Of a stretch of 64,000 nt of DNA, positions 12,235 through 23,923 are shown piece by piece (the first letter of the stretch is position 1; each line of letters starts with the position of its first letter). The notes beneath the pieces were generated by a model. It did not search any database and was not told where the DNA came from. It saw only the letters and a list, made by a program, of their open reading frames with translations. The translations under genes were made by a program, and so were the position numbers. This stretch comes from Oopsacas minuta. Taxonomy: Eukaryota > Animalia > Porifera. The stretch covers positions 1-64,000 of the forward strand of contig JAKMXF010000323.1 of assembly GCA_024704765.1 (NCBI GenBank), written 5' to 3'.

Positions 12235-14611
12235 CAGCGGTCTCAAACTGCTGGCCCGCGGGCCGGATGCGGCGCGCAAGCTCACCTTTTTGGGCCCGCA
12301 AAGCCTTGATGGTTTTGGAGCAATATATGTGCACTTTGGATCACTTTAGTTATCTTTTAAACCTACCATGTATTCCATTCGTGACTGCCTTTATGTTTCT
12401 CCATTTATTTCAGATCTACCCTAAAATTTATATTTCATATGACATTATAGAATGTTTGTGTCACTTATGCATTAAGATAGTTTTGTTTCATTTCAGAAAA
12501 ATGAACCGATTGTGTGAGATTATGTTTGTTTTAAAAAGTAACCCAGTTTGTTTACGTTATTATTTTTTGTCAGTAGATTTTATCAATATGTTGCGAAAAC
12601 GCAAGATTGACAATGAGAAACGTGGGTTTGATGAAGATTGGACGATAAAATATTTTTTTGAGAAAGGTCCCAAGGGTCTTCCTATTTGTATTATTTGTTC
12701 CTACGATTGTACTGTGAACAAGGAGTACAATCTTCGCAGACATTACCAAACGCAACACAGCAAGAGATATGATGAACTCACAGGGTTGTTTAGAGATGAA
12801 GCAGTGAAAAGATTAAGAACAGAAAGAATATCCCAGAAATCATTGTTCGTCGCCCAAAAACAAATAAGTGAAGCATGTGTGCGGGCTAGTTATCGTATAT
12901 GTGAGGTTATTGCGAAAAGAACTCGACCGTTTACGGAAGGTCAAATGATAAAGGACTGCTTAGCAATTGCAGCCGCCGAGGTAGCACCGAAACAACAAAA
13001 TCTCTTCTCAACAATCAGTCCGACTCCTAATACCGTGGCGTCTAGAATTTCAGAAATGGGAATAGACTTGACAAACCAACTTTAGAAGAAAACCGAAAGT
13101 TTCAAGTGTTTCTCGTTGGCATTTGATGGCAGTACGGATCTCTCTGACACAGAACAACTTTCTGTGTATATTCGGGGTATCTCCTCTCCTTTTGAAATCC
13201 ACGAGGACATTATTGGATTGTTCCCAATGGATGGGAGAACTCAAGGAATAGATGTCAAGGTCACTTTATCATGGAATATTCTTTCTGCGATTGGAACAAA
13301 TGGAGCTCCTAATATGATTGGGAAAGAGATAGGAGCTGTGAAATTGTTGTTGGATCAGGTGGTCCCACCTCAACATCGCTGTCTTTCCTTGCAGTGTATA
13401 ATTCACCAGGAGCCCCTCTGCGGAAAGTTTCTCAAATACCAGAATGTAATGGATGTTGTTGTCAAAGTCATCAACTTTATTTGTGCAAAAGGAGTCAACC
13501 ATAGACATTTTAAAGCACTGTTAAAGGAACTGGATTCGCAGTACAGAGATATTCTCTATCATTGTGAAGTTCTTTGGTTGAGTCGAGGGCGTGTTTTGCA
13601 GCGATTTAATGATCTGTTCACCGAAATTATAATTTTTATTATAGAAAAAGATGCGAACCTAAAAACCAAAAATGGGGAACATGTGATTGAACAGATGAAT
13701 AACAAAAACTGGTTGTTTGATTTTGCATGCCTCTCTGACATTACAGGTCATTTGAATGATCTAAATATCTGACTCCAGGGCCGAGAGAAATTTATTTCAC
13801 AACTTTGGAGCCATACAAGAAACTTCATGGAGAAGCTCTCTATTTATTAGTCAGGCAGAAAAGAATGACTTTCGCCATTTCCCTTCTGTGTCGAAACTCC
13901 TCAAAGATAATCCAGAAGTAATCTTCATAAAAATAAGCTAAAACTGAACCTTAAAACCTTGAGCCAGAACTTTTCTGGACGTTTCTATGTGTTCCAAGAA
14001 TATGAACTCGAATTTCGCCTATTCGAGGATCCCTTCTCAATTAATGTTGCGGATTGTGAAGATAGTGGAGTGCAATTGGAGCTGATTAACCTCAAATATC
14101 ATGAACCGTTGAAGAGCGCATTTTCAACAGGTCGACTTAATTGCTTTTTATCAATTAATGGATGAGAGCATTTCCAAAGCTGAAAAGCCATGCATTCTAC
14201 ATTGGAAGCATGCTTGGAGCGACTTATGTGAATGAACAATCCTTCTCACTCATGAAGGCTGTTAAAACGTCGTACAGGTCGCGGCTAACTAATGAACATT
14301 TGGATTCAGTGGCGCGACTAGCATTGTCACCCATCTCTCCCAACATTGTAGATCTTGTTGGCTCGAAGAGGTGCCAGAAAAGTAGTCAAAAGTAATGCCG
14401 ATTCCTTATATGTTAGGATAGTAGTATAGTTATGTATACTTATGCAATAAATACTAGCTTACTCAAGCATTTGCAAAGGATCTATTAATCACCTAACTAA
14501 CTCATCAGGAGCTTTGATCCAGGGTCTAGATTTACTTAGCCACAATTTGGCCCGAGATATTGCATACAAATTCAATTTTGGCACGTGATCGAATTCAGTT
14601 TGAGACGCCTG
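12235..14611 (+). mobile_element. hAT transposon, Charlie/SPIN (GTF2IRD2-like) type, decayed
   Basis: 15-bp TIRs CAGCGGTCTCAAACT / AGTTTGAGACGCCTG (2 mismatches). 8-bp flanks CTATAAAT / ATGTAAAT (6/8 match). GGCCCG subterminal motifs. Confidence 0.9.
12588..14395 (+). pseudogene. Charlie/SPIN-type hAT transposase with stops and frameshifts
   Basis: MLRKRKID...PICIIC...KEYNLRRHY, LAFDGSTD, IGTNGAPNM, CIIHQE (CxxH), CEVLWLSRG, TYVNEQSFSLMK. Stops at 13083 and 13770, with further frameshifts. Confidence 0.9.
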
Positions 14612-14619
14612 ATGTAAAT

Positions 14620-15060
14620 GTTCGAATGTCTATAATTGATTGACAAAACTCGAAGACCCCCAGGGCTGATTTTTGGCATACAAGGGATATTGTGGTCCTG
14701 CCTGGAAAATGTTCGATTATTGGACGAAAATTCATACCTATAACGAATTTATCACTTATTGACAACTTTTGGATTTTCGAAAAATCACTTTATCAACCAC
14801 TGCTCAGCCAATATAAATGGTAGAAGTTTGAAATTTGAAGCACAGGTACCCGCAATGTGACAAATATTCTGACGTCATGATTATGGCCAAAAGCTAACTC
14901 ATCATGGGGTATGTACAAAATAATTAAAAGTTTTCCGAATTTCTTAATAACAGAGGCTCCAAGTACCGAGATTATTAACAAAAAGCAACATAGCATCTCC
15001 GGTCACACCGCCTTTGAATGTAATTTGGATAGACCATGGATGATAACATCTTAGAATTAT
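14620..15060 (+). repeat. About 400-bp dispersed non-coding repeat; second diverged copy at about 41925-42340
   Basis: Shared collinear blocks: ATGTCTATAATTGATTGA, GGCTGATTTT(T)GGCATACA, TTGGATTTTCGAAA, TTCTGACGTCATGATT..G..CAAAAGCTAACT. Confidence 0.75.
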
Positions 15061-16312
15061 TTTGTGAACTTGAGGCATGTAGTGCCGAGTATATTCTGTT
15101 ACGTAACGAGAATAACACTATAAAATTTAGCAAGGTAAGGAACACTTAAGCTAACATGGAGTACTAAGCTGTAGCGGAGCAACCTAGCAAGCGATGCGAG
15201 CCAGTAAGTAAAGATCAGAAGTTCTAGCCCTTTAACCGTTTCAAGAGATAGTACAAACAATTAGCACTTAATCAGCAGGGTTACCAGATGTCCTATATAA
15301 ACATTGGATATACAATCAGACCACTATTCCATTTTATCGGATTATTCTGACAACTTCGAAGATTTTATGGCGCAATAAATTCAACTTGGCTTGTATTTTA
15401 CATCAATATTCTCCTATTCTGACCTGGAGAAAATGGTTAAAAACGTTTTCAAACTCTAAGTACAGCAATGAATGTAAATCTGCATAACTTGATTTTTCGT
15501 ACTCACAACTATTAGTCATATATACTTTGCAATCTCGAATACCCTGACTCATTGGACCGAAAGATTGGGTTGAAAAAGCTAAATCTTCATAACCAAGGGT
15601 TGATGAAATATAAGGAATATAGTGGAACTCACTCCCATACCACAGTGTGAAACTATGCGGGAATAGATAAACATTTGAATAAGCTATCTACGAAAATTAA
15701 TGTGTGTATTCGATTTTACACTATTTCAAAACTAGAAATATGCTATTATTTGATACTAAATAGACTTATAACATGTCAAACTAAAGCCTCAAGCTTAGGC
15801 TAAAAATGAAATTTGAAAACCTGAAAACCACTAATATTTTTCTTCAGATACCCTTGAGATATTTCAGCATTCCTGGAATTCCAGTAATTCTTTGGGATTT
15901 ATCAGTATTCGTATGCAGTTTGTGATTAATATTAACACATTTGCAAGACAAATAAATCGATATTTTTCATTCTCGAGCGTTTTTAGCCGTCTATTTTATC
16001 CATATTTCAGTTTCTCGACTAACCTTTTAGGTCCCGATCATACAAGTAATTGCGAGTTGAATAGTCGACATTTCGCATAGTATACACAGTGGCACGAAAT
16101 GGCTAAAACCTGGTAGTAGGTATAAGGGCACTAGATAACGTAGTAAACTATATTATTGACATGTGAGGAATCGTTCTCAAGGAATCGATTGACGTAACTG
16201 GATTTTTTCTAAGTCTTTGGGTATGAAAGTAATGACGTCATTGTCACACTCAAAAATATTTTGATTTTTTTTTTTTATCGATTTTAATTAAGCCAATTTT
16301 TGAGCTATAGGT

Positions 16313-17502
16313 TTGTCCAAAGACTTTCGTTCCCGTGCTCAGGTTGACCTCATTGACATGCAGTCTATGTGTAAAGTTTCATATAGCTGGATCATGGTTT
16401 ATCAAGACCACTTAACAAAGTATTGTGTATTACGCCCTTTGACTTCCAAACGTGCTGCTGAAGTTGCCTGGCAACTGGTTGACATTTTCTTGTTACTAGG
16501 CCCCCTCAAATTCTCCAGAGTGACAACGGCAGTGAATTTACAGCATCAGTCATCACTGAACTGAAGGTTATTTGGTCTGATCTACTTATGGTCCATGGTA
16601 AACCTCACCATCCCGAAAGCCAGGGATCAGTTGAGAGACTGAATTGTGACGTCAAAGACATACTAACTGCCTGGTTAGGTGACAATGACTCCACAGATTG
16701 GCCAACTGGGCTTCGTTTTGTGCAGTTTCAGAAGAACAGTGGTTACCATTCTGGAATTAAACAATCCCCATTCAAGGCCCTGTTTAGACGTGATGCACAA
16801 GTTGGACACGTTCACCATTCATAATGAAATCATAGAACGTCTTGTGTCCGAGGACGACCTAATGGCTGCATATCAGCAATCTGACCCCTCTCAGGTCTCT
16901 TCAGGTAACCAGGCCACAGCTTTCCAAATTTTCCTACATAAGAAAATATGTCACCTGATGCCTCAGAATCTACTTCTTTAACATCTTTATCTGCTCATTC
17001 GTCTCAGGTAACCGCTATCCAAATACGGCACGATAACATTCAACTCAACAGCAAGAGAGAGCAGCTGAAGGACAGATAGCTCATGCCAAACGCATGTTGA
17101 AACGCAGTCGTCTAGAACAGGTTGCGGACACCCTGGAGATAATGTAATTATTCCAATCCCTTTAGTGGACCGCGGTAGAGGAGATCCTCGAAACATCATG
17201 GGTGTAATTCAGTAAAGAAATGAAAATGACATGTACTGTTTCAAGGCTGGACTTAAATGTAATAGCAAGTGTCACGCGACTAAGACCTGCCCCAATAAGA
17301 TCTGAATGGGAACGATGTGTGAACTTTTTAGTCAGTATGCTGTAATCGCATGCTTTTAGTGCATATTGGTATCAATTAATTAATTTCGTAATACGTTTCA
17401 GTCAATCTGTCAAAATGCCGGCCAATGATTCAGTCAATTTGTAAATTGGCTGAAAATTCTAGCCAAATTGTAGATTGACTGGTTTATACATTGACTTTAA
17501 CA
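16313..17502 (+). mobile_element. 5'-truncated Ginger2/TDD-type (KRBA2/SCAND3-like) integrase element
   Basis: RAQVDLIDMQ, YQDHLTKY, ILQSDNGSEF (frameshifted), HPESQGSVERLN, PIPLVDRGRGDPRN, CNSKCH. The right end finishes TTGACTTTAACA after GTCAAT-type subterminal repeats. No left TIR was found. Confidence 0.82.
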
Positions 17503-18703
17503 TATGTATTTTAATAGTGTAGATTGTACAGGAATCGGACAATATAGCTAAGTGAATTCTTGTAATGTTTTGTTTGGGATATGGTACGTATTGATCTCAC
17601 GTGTCGTCTTATACTGTTATGAGTGAGATAAACGAGTAGCTTGGACTTATATTGCTGTAGTTCATGAAAAGCTTTGAAAATCATAGCGCATATCCTAAAA
17701 CATATCCTGTCTGTTGGATTTGAATTTCTAAGGTTGTAATGTGACCCTTTACGTACTCTAAAAGTTATACTTCTATTCCGGTTGCAGAGCCATTGATACA
17801 AACTATTTGTTTTCGATCTTCCAAATGATACCTTTTGACGCAAACCTACTCTCTGCAGATTTGTAAAGTAGGTGTCTTTATTAGTACTCCCCCGCTTTGC
17901 TTCCTTCGTCTTACCCTACATGGGACTGTATACTTAGCACTTCTTTGCTGTTCATTTTTGATTTTATGTCTTTAGCAATGGTGATACTGTATTTCCTTGA
18001 ATAGTATTCAAGATCATTATTCATTTCGAGACCCCTCGACGCGAAAGTTACGATCTTTGTAGACAGGTTAATTTATTTATTTGCTTATTTATGTTTTTTG
18101 ATTCTTGTTTTATCCCAAGTAAAGAGCAACAAGCATATTTCAATTGGTCAGGCTGGCCTACACAAAAAAATATGGAGCCACCGAACTAGGCTCTGTTTAG
18201 TAATACTCTATCCATCAGCAGTCGAAATACTGACATGGTTGAGACTTGACTAACCGGAGCCTTTCTTATGGCAATTGTGTAATAGTAGTTAATCAATATA
18301 TAGAATACGGTATTGTTCGTCATAGCTAATTCTCAGTTTTTTTTTACCTTTAGGGGCACTGGCGGGGCATACTTACATTAATTATTGTCCCACGGACCCT
18401 ACCTGGGCCGCCTCTGCTCAGAGGGTCCAAGGACCTACTATTCAGGGCAATATGGCATTTCATACACATAAATCCCTTTTAGATTGTATTGAGAGTCGCA
18501 ACTATACTTTCGTACTAGTCTGACAATTATTACAAAATCTAGAGCAGCGGGCTTGTCATAAGGTCATGCATAGTCTGGTCATGTCTTATATATAATCTGT
18601 AAGGTCAGTTTAGGTCAAAGTTGTGGATTTGTTTATTATTTCATTTTAATCCAAATCAAATGAAATCCAATTATTATCCATCCAAGATCATACCCAAAAT
18701 TAT

Positions 18704-19581
18704 ATTATCGTGGAGAAGTTTGAAATTCTCCATTGAGTCGTTCTCCGTTAGGCATAGGTATTTGAGCCACTGGCCCATACGCATCAAAAGATATGCTGTA
18801 GAAAGCCTTTTCATCTCGAAAGTCCGGACGTGTCTTTTCTGAGGGGAAGAATCTTTGGGAGCCAAGATTTGCTTTGTTCCTTACGCAGAGGTTCAGAAAA
18901 TCCAATCCAAGTTTCGTCACCAGTAACGATTTCATATAACCCTCGAGAATCACAATCTCTATATTCTTTTAGCAATTTTTGAGTGCATGAAACCCTCTTC
19001 TCCTTTTGCACCTTTGTGAAGATTTAAGGCCTTAAATCCTCGCACTGAAATCTTTCGATAGTCGAGTTAATCGTGTATAACTGTATGAGCACTTCCCGAT
19101 GAGATGTCCAGGATTAGGGCAAGCTTCAAAGCTCTAATTGGGGTCAATATCAAATAGTTCCAGAATTTGAGAGGCAAATTCAGGGGGGGTAGCAGAAACT
19201 GGTCTTCCGGTCCGATGGGCATCTTCAATGTTGCCCCTATCAGCCTTTAATTTACGTACACAATCCTATAAATGGGATGCGCTAGAGCTTCCCATGATAA
19301 ATGGTGTCGAGATCCTCATGTATCTGGAGTGGTTTGTTGCCGAGTACGGTACGAATCTTTATGCAATCTCGTTTTTCGGTTTTGCTTGATATGTGTTTTG
19401 AAGCCATGAAAAGTTGGCTCTCGAAAATAGAATAGATCAAGATATATAATAGCTAGAGTGAATTATCTACCAGCATTAATTAGGAAATCGATAAAACCAT
19501 TAGGGTATACTATCCATTTCATGTAATCAAGGAGAATTTGGCTGCTATATACTAAGGATGGGAACTTTTGATTGCTCCGAG
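18704..19581 (-). mobile_element. Mariner (DD34D) deleted copy A, 3'-truncated
   Basis: One TIR, TA|CTCGGAGCAATCAAAAGTTCC, ending at 19581. HTH-region remnants, IVTGDETW and LHDN. Near-identical to copy B at 26796-30735. Confidence 0.88.
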
Positions 19582-19659
19582 TACTTCAATTAAAAATATC
19601 TGAAATACATATCTTTATAAAAAATTCAAAAATTGTCATTCTATTGTTGCCTAGTTCAT

Positions 19660-19960
19660 TTGTTGCACCTGAGACCATGGATTGCAGTTGTTTGTCAATA
19701 TTCGCTTTTTACTTAATAGCCGTTGGAATTTGGTAGATTCAAGGTAACAAATTCATCATATACGTATACCCAACTTCCCATACTCTGATAATACATTTCG
19801 GTTTGAAATCTCTGAGAATATTTTCTTGAAATTACCACTCATGGGCTTATTCGGGATCATGTGAGAATGTTAGGAGAGTGTTCTACCTAATTGAATTCCC
19901 AGGTATCGGACAAATGGAGACCCCACCAACCAAACCTCAACGCCAACCTAAAATGTCTTC
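19660..19960 (-). mobile_element. Small non-LTR (LINE) ORF2 remnant
   Basis: The minus strand reads SPFVRYLGIQLGRTLS*HSHM, resembling the YLG..LD..L.W..HI motif after the RT domain. Heavily decayed. Confidence 0.4.
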
Positions 19961-22470
19961 ATCCTTATAACTGTCTTTATCTTTTGAATAGCTTCTAAAG
20001 ATTGAAGTGTTTTCTTATGAAGAAAACATTTGATTGGTTAAATTTTTCTCTGGTACAGCAAAATAATAGGTACATTACTACACTACACTATTGAATATTC
20101 TGGTATTGGCCCCAAATATTCCAGTATTTGCTCGCATTTTGTAGATTTGTAAGTTTGAAAGCTACAAATTCTACAGGATAAGAACAAAACGCATATCTAA
20201 CTACTTAGAACGGTAATATTAGAACCACATAATCTATTTCGTCATAGATCTGTATTATACAATGAATATTCTGTTATGATTATTGGCGATTTCCAAGAAT
20301 AATAACAGCACTTCAAGTTCAAATATATGCATCATTCGCATCCTGTAAGATTTCATGTTTTGTGAATCAAGAATCCACAGATTGCCAGCCAATGTGAAAT
20401 ATTGTGGTATTAGTGACATAATAATGTGATAAAAGAACAGTAATTTAACTATATCATTGGAAATAGTCAATATAATGAAGTTTTCTTGGGAACAAATTAA
20501 GATAAGCTATTAGAAACTAATTCATAAATAAATTCCGGTAGGGGGATATGGACATTCATGGTTGGCATAGACATATTGTGAGTACGCGGATAGGTGTCCG
20601 ACACCTTAGAAATTCCGATAAGAAAAATTATCGCAGGGCCAATTGCTTTATGGCGCAAATACTGTAGATGACGCAAACTTAACGACAGATTTAGCATTAA
20701 ATATATATATACAGTACAAATATATATATTTCCTGGACCCATAGTATCGATTTCCATGAACATATTTGCAAATATTACAAAAATTGAATTGACAGTGTCT
20801 AAAAGCAAGAGGTGATTGAGAGAATCTGATTACACTTCCGAAAGAGGATAGTCGATCTCCCTAGAGGAATATACTTTGTTCTGGTACCTAAACGTTCACG
20901 AAAACTTGTTGCCTTGTGTAATTTAACTCAGAAGCACACTAAATACAAAACTAAGGAAATAATATAAGGTAACATGTGATTTTGCAGGGATATACTGGTA
21001 GGAGATGATAAGTTGTGATTATTCAGAGCATATATTCGTCTACATCCTTATTAAGTTGCAGTAGATGTCACCCATCTAGTTGTTTTTCTTCTCTAGGTCT
21101 CATACATATTCCAGGGCTTAGGGTCTACAACTTCTATCCATAAATTTATAAGTGCATGTAACTTGAAATGATAGTCTTTTTTAGCCCTTGGAATGTTTGA
21201 GGATAAGTTTGATGGGGATTAGTCCAGAGCAAGAAGCTTCCGCATATATATTCGATGACTTTCATCAATAATATAAAATTGAGACTACCATCAAAATTGT
21301 ACTTTCGTAAAACCTCCTTGGCATGGGGAGGGTGGAGTGTAGGCTTGGTGATGCCCAGTCTCATCAATGTTTATTATTGTTTCCGCTAACTGAGTGGGTT
21401 TGAAGAATGGTAATCGATGTAGGAGATAACAGCCAACAAATCAATAAAATAGACCAGTTATCCCATTAGACATTGAGTTATTTTCTTGATTTTACATAAA
21501 ATGTAGAAAATTATCGCATATTGAATTAGTTATTATGCATGTATTTACTTTTGAAAACTACACTCTAACTATAAATCATCAAATATACGTAAATGGAACA
21601 TGTGATATTACAACTTCAATTCTCATGAGCGATATATAATTCTGTTGCTGTAGCCCACTGGAGTATTTCAGTTCAGAAATCTTTTTTAGGATTGGGCGGG
21701 TGTCCAAAAGTAATTTTAAGGAAGGTAAAATTATCAAATAAATGAATGTTTAAGAAATCTGGGATTCTATCATTATTCTCTGCAATTTTAAATACGCATT
21801 TTCAAATGAGTGACTTACAAAATGTAGTCCATAATTTATCTAAAATATACGGATTCGTCTATTCAAATTCATTTCAAATTTCATTGGAAAATTTTTAAGT
21901 CGAAAAATACACAACAAAGAAATTTTTAACGGTCGCTGCAATATCATCCTCTAAATCCAGTATATTTAGTCGCATAAATAATACTCAAGTACGTATAGCC
22001 AATTCCACACATCCACAAAATAGTTCCGGGATTATAAACTAAATAAATCAAACCCAATATGGTATAATATCGATATAACTTAGTAAAAACGATTTAGGCT
22101 GCTCAAAAAAATTCCTGAAATGCTCAGCGTCCCATGACAACGGGCTTTTTATTTATCCCCTGAGAATTTCATATCGCCCTCACCGTACGGAAATCTCATG
22201 CGCCCCCTATGCTGCTCTACAAATACGGAAGTAGCAGCAGGGATAAAGCAGTAGAAAATTCTAATATAATACCAGCTGGCTATCAGTCCACTTCCAAACT
22301 CTAAGTCACGAAATCTAGTGATAAAAATATAATAAGATCACTTGCATTGTCTTTCAGAGATCCAAAAAACCCGTAGAATACACTATATGTATCTTATGAA
22401 AGAGAAAGCAGTATACGAGGGAAATTAGTTCGTCACCAAGGTTACAGTGTAGACACATTATAATGATATA

Positions 22471-23207
22471 CAGTCAGGGGACAAAAGTATTCGTACACAC
22501 AAATATATTGTCATAAATTGTATACTCTTTCCCGCTCCTATAAATTGTGTGGTCTATATTCGCAGCTGAAATCTAGTATTTGTGTAGAATAACATATGTT
22601 TTCACGAATTTCAAAAAAATATTTTCGATTTACACTTTTTGAAGGTGTTAATTATTAATAATCACAACTTTTTTCAAAAAGTGACAAAGGTGCAGGAAAA
22701 AGCACCACTACAAGGAAATCAACTAGGGTTAGGAGGAATAAGTTGAAGAACAATTTCGAACGATATGACTATGCTAACCCTTGAATTCCAAAATAACCTC
22801 TTGATAGCGGCCACTTGTGCCACCTTGGGCAAAAGGTGGCACAAATGGCACAAATTGAAATTCATCTATAACTCTGGTAAAAATTGTTCAATCCGATTGG
22901 AAATTTCAATCTGGGGTAACTCGCCAACGTAGAATTCAAATATCAAGTCAGAAATTAGAGATTCTTAATAGGCTTTGAATTATCACATATTTTGATTATC
23001 AATAATTATCTAATAATCATTAATAATTAACACCTTCAAAAAGTGTAAATCGAAAATATTTTTTGAAATTCTTAAAAAAAATATGTATTCTATGCAAATT
23101 ACTAGATAGCAGCTACGAATATAGAATACACAATATATAGGAGCAGGAAAGAGTATACAACTTATGACAATATATTTATGTGTTCGAATACTTTTGTCCC
23201 CTGACTG
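22471..23207. mobile_element. Tc1/mariner-type MITE, 737 bp, with about 190-bp TIRs
   Basis: TA|CAGTCAGGGGACAAAAGTATTCG ... CGAATACTTTTGTCCCCTGACTG|TA. Inverted similarity continues for about 190 bp. No coding capacity. Confidence 0.9.
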
Positions 23208-23589
23208 TACTATATAGTAATAATATACAATATCCACTATAGGATTAATTTACCGCAGCTCTTATGGTTTACGCCATAATGCCATGGAAGATGTGCGACA
23301 TTAGTAGCTCCGTCCGTCCATCTGCCCGTTGCGAAGTCTACAAGGCGGATTTACATGTAAATTGGTACATATACATTTTGGGTAGGAAAACGCACCTCGG
23401 GAAAGATTTGAAATAAAGTGAATATTTTACACATTTTTGGTGATTAATGATAGTCTCACAGATTTCAATGTAAAACACAAAAGCAAACTAGAAATTAGGT
23501 TTCAACATATTGTCAGGGGCAATTGGGTGCACAGAGTCCAATTTTCGAGAGTCTAAAAGTCGCACATCCCCAGATTTATCATATGTCTG

Positions 23590-23923
23590 GTCATATCTTC
23601 ACAAATTTGGCATATTTTTCAAAATCATGCTAGAGGTTTCGTTGTAAGAATTATTCAGGCGTAGTAGGGTATGTGGAATTCATTTTCACACCTTTAGCAT
23701 AGTATTCAAAATAATGATAGAGATTTCGTTTGAACTGGTATTCAAGCATTGTGTTCCAATATTGACATTCTCTGATCTATACCATGATTTTCACATTATT
23801 ACGTATTATTTTCACACCTTGTACATATTTTCTGAAATGATGCAAGAAATTTCGTTTTGATTGCAATTTGGTGGTTAGGGAGTTGTAGATTTCAATTTTC
23901 ACACATTCAAATCTATATCCAAA
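23590..23923 (+). repeat. Degenerate tandem repeat (TTTCACACCT...ATTTCGTT) that continues at 26456-26530 after the hAT insertion
   Basis: The motif recurs near 23592, 23682, 23808, 23895 and 26480 with irregular 90-125 bp spacing. Confidence 0.5.

Noticed and set aside
12267-12587. Hydrophobic N-terminal extension of the 272-aa ORF
   Set aside because: It lies in the hAT subterminal region. Transposase similarity begins at MLRKRK (12588).
16085-16110. RSS-like heptamer CACAGTG as a possible Transib/RAG end
   Set aside because: No inverted partner, nonamer or linked transposase was found, and a 7-mer is expected by chance.
20497-21367. Minus-strand ORFs of 103 and 73 aa
   Set aside because: No recognisable motifs, and other frames are full of stops. 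A gene cannot be supported.
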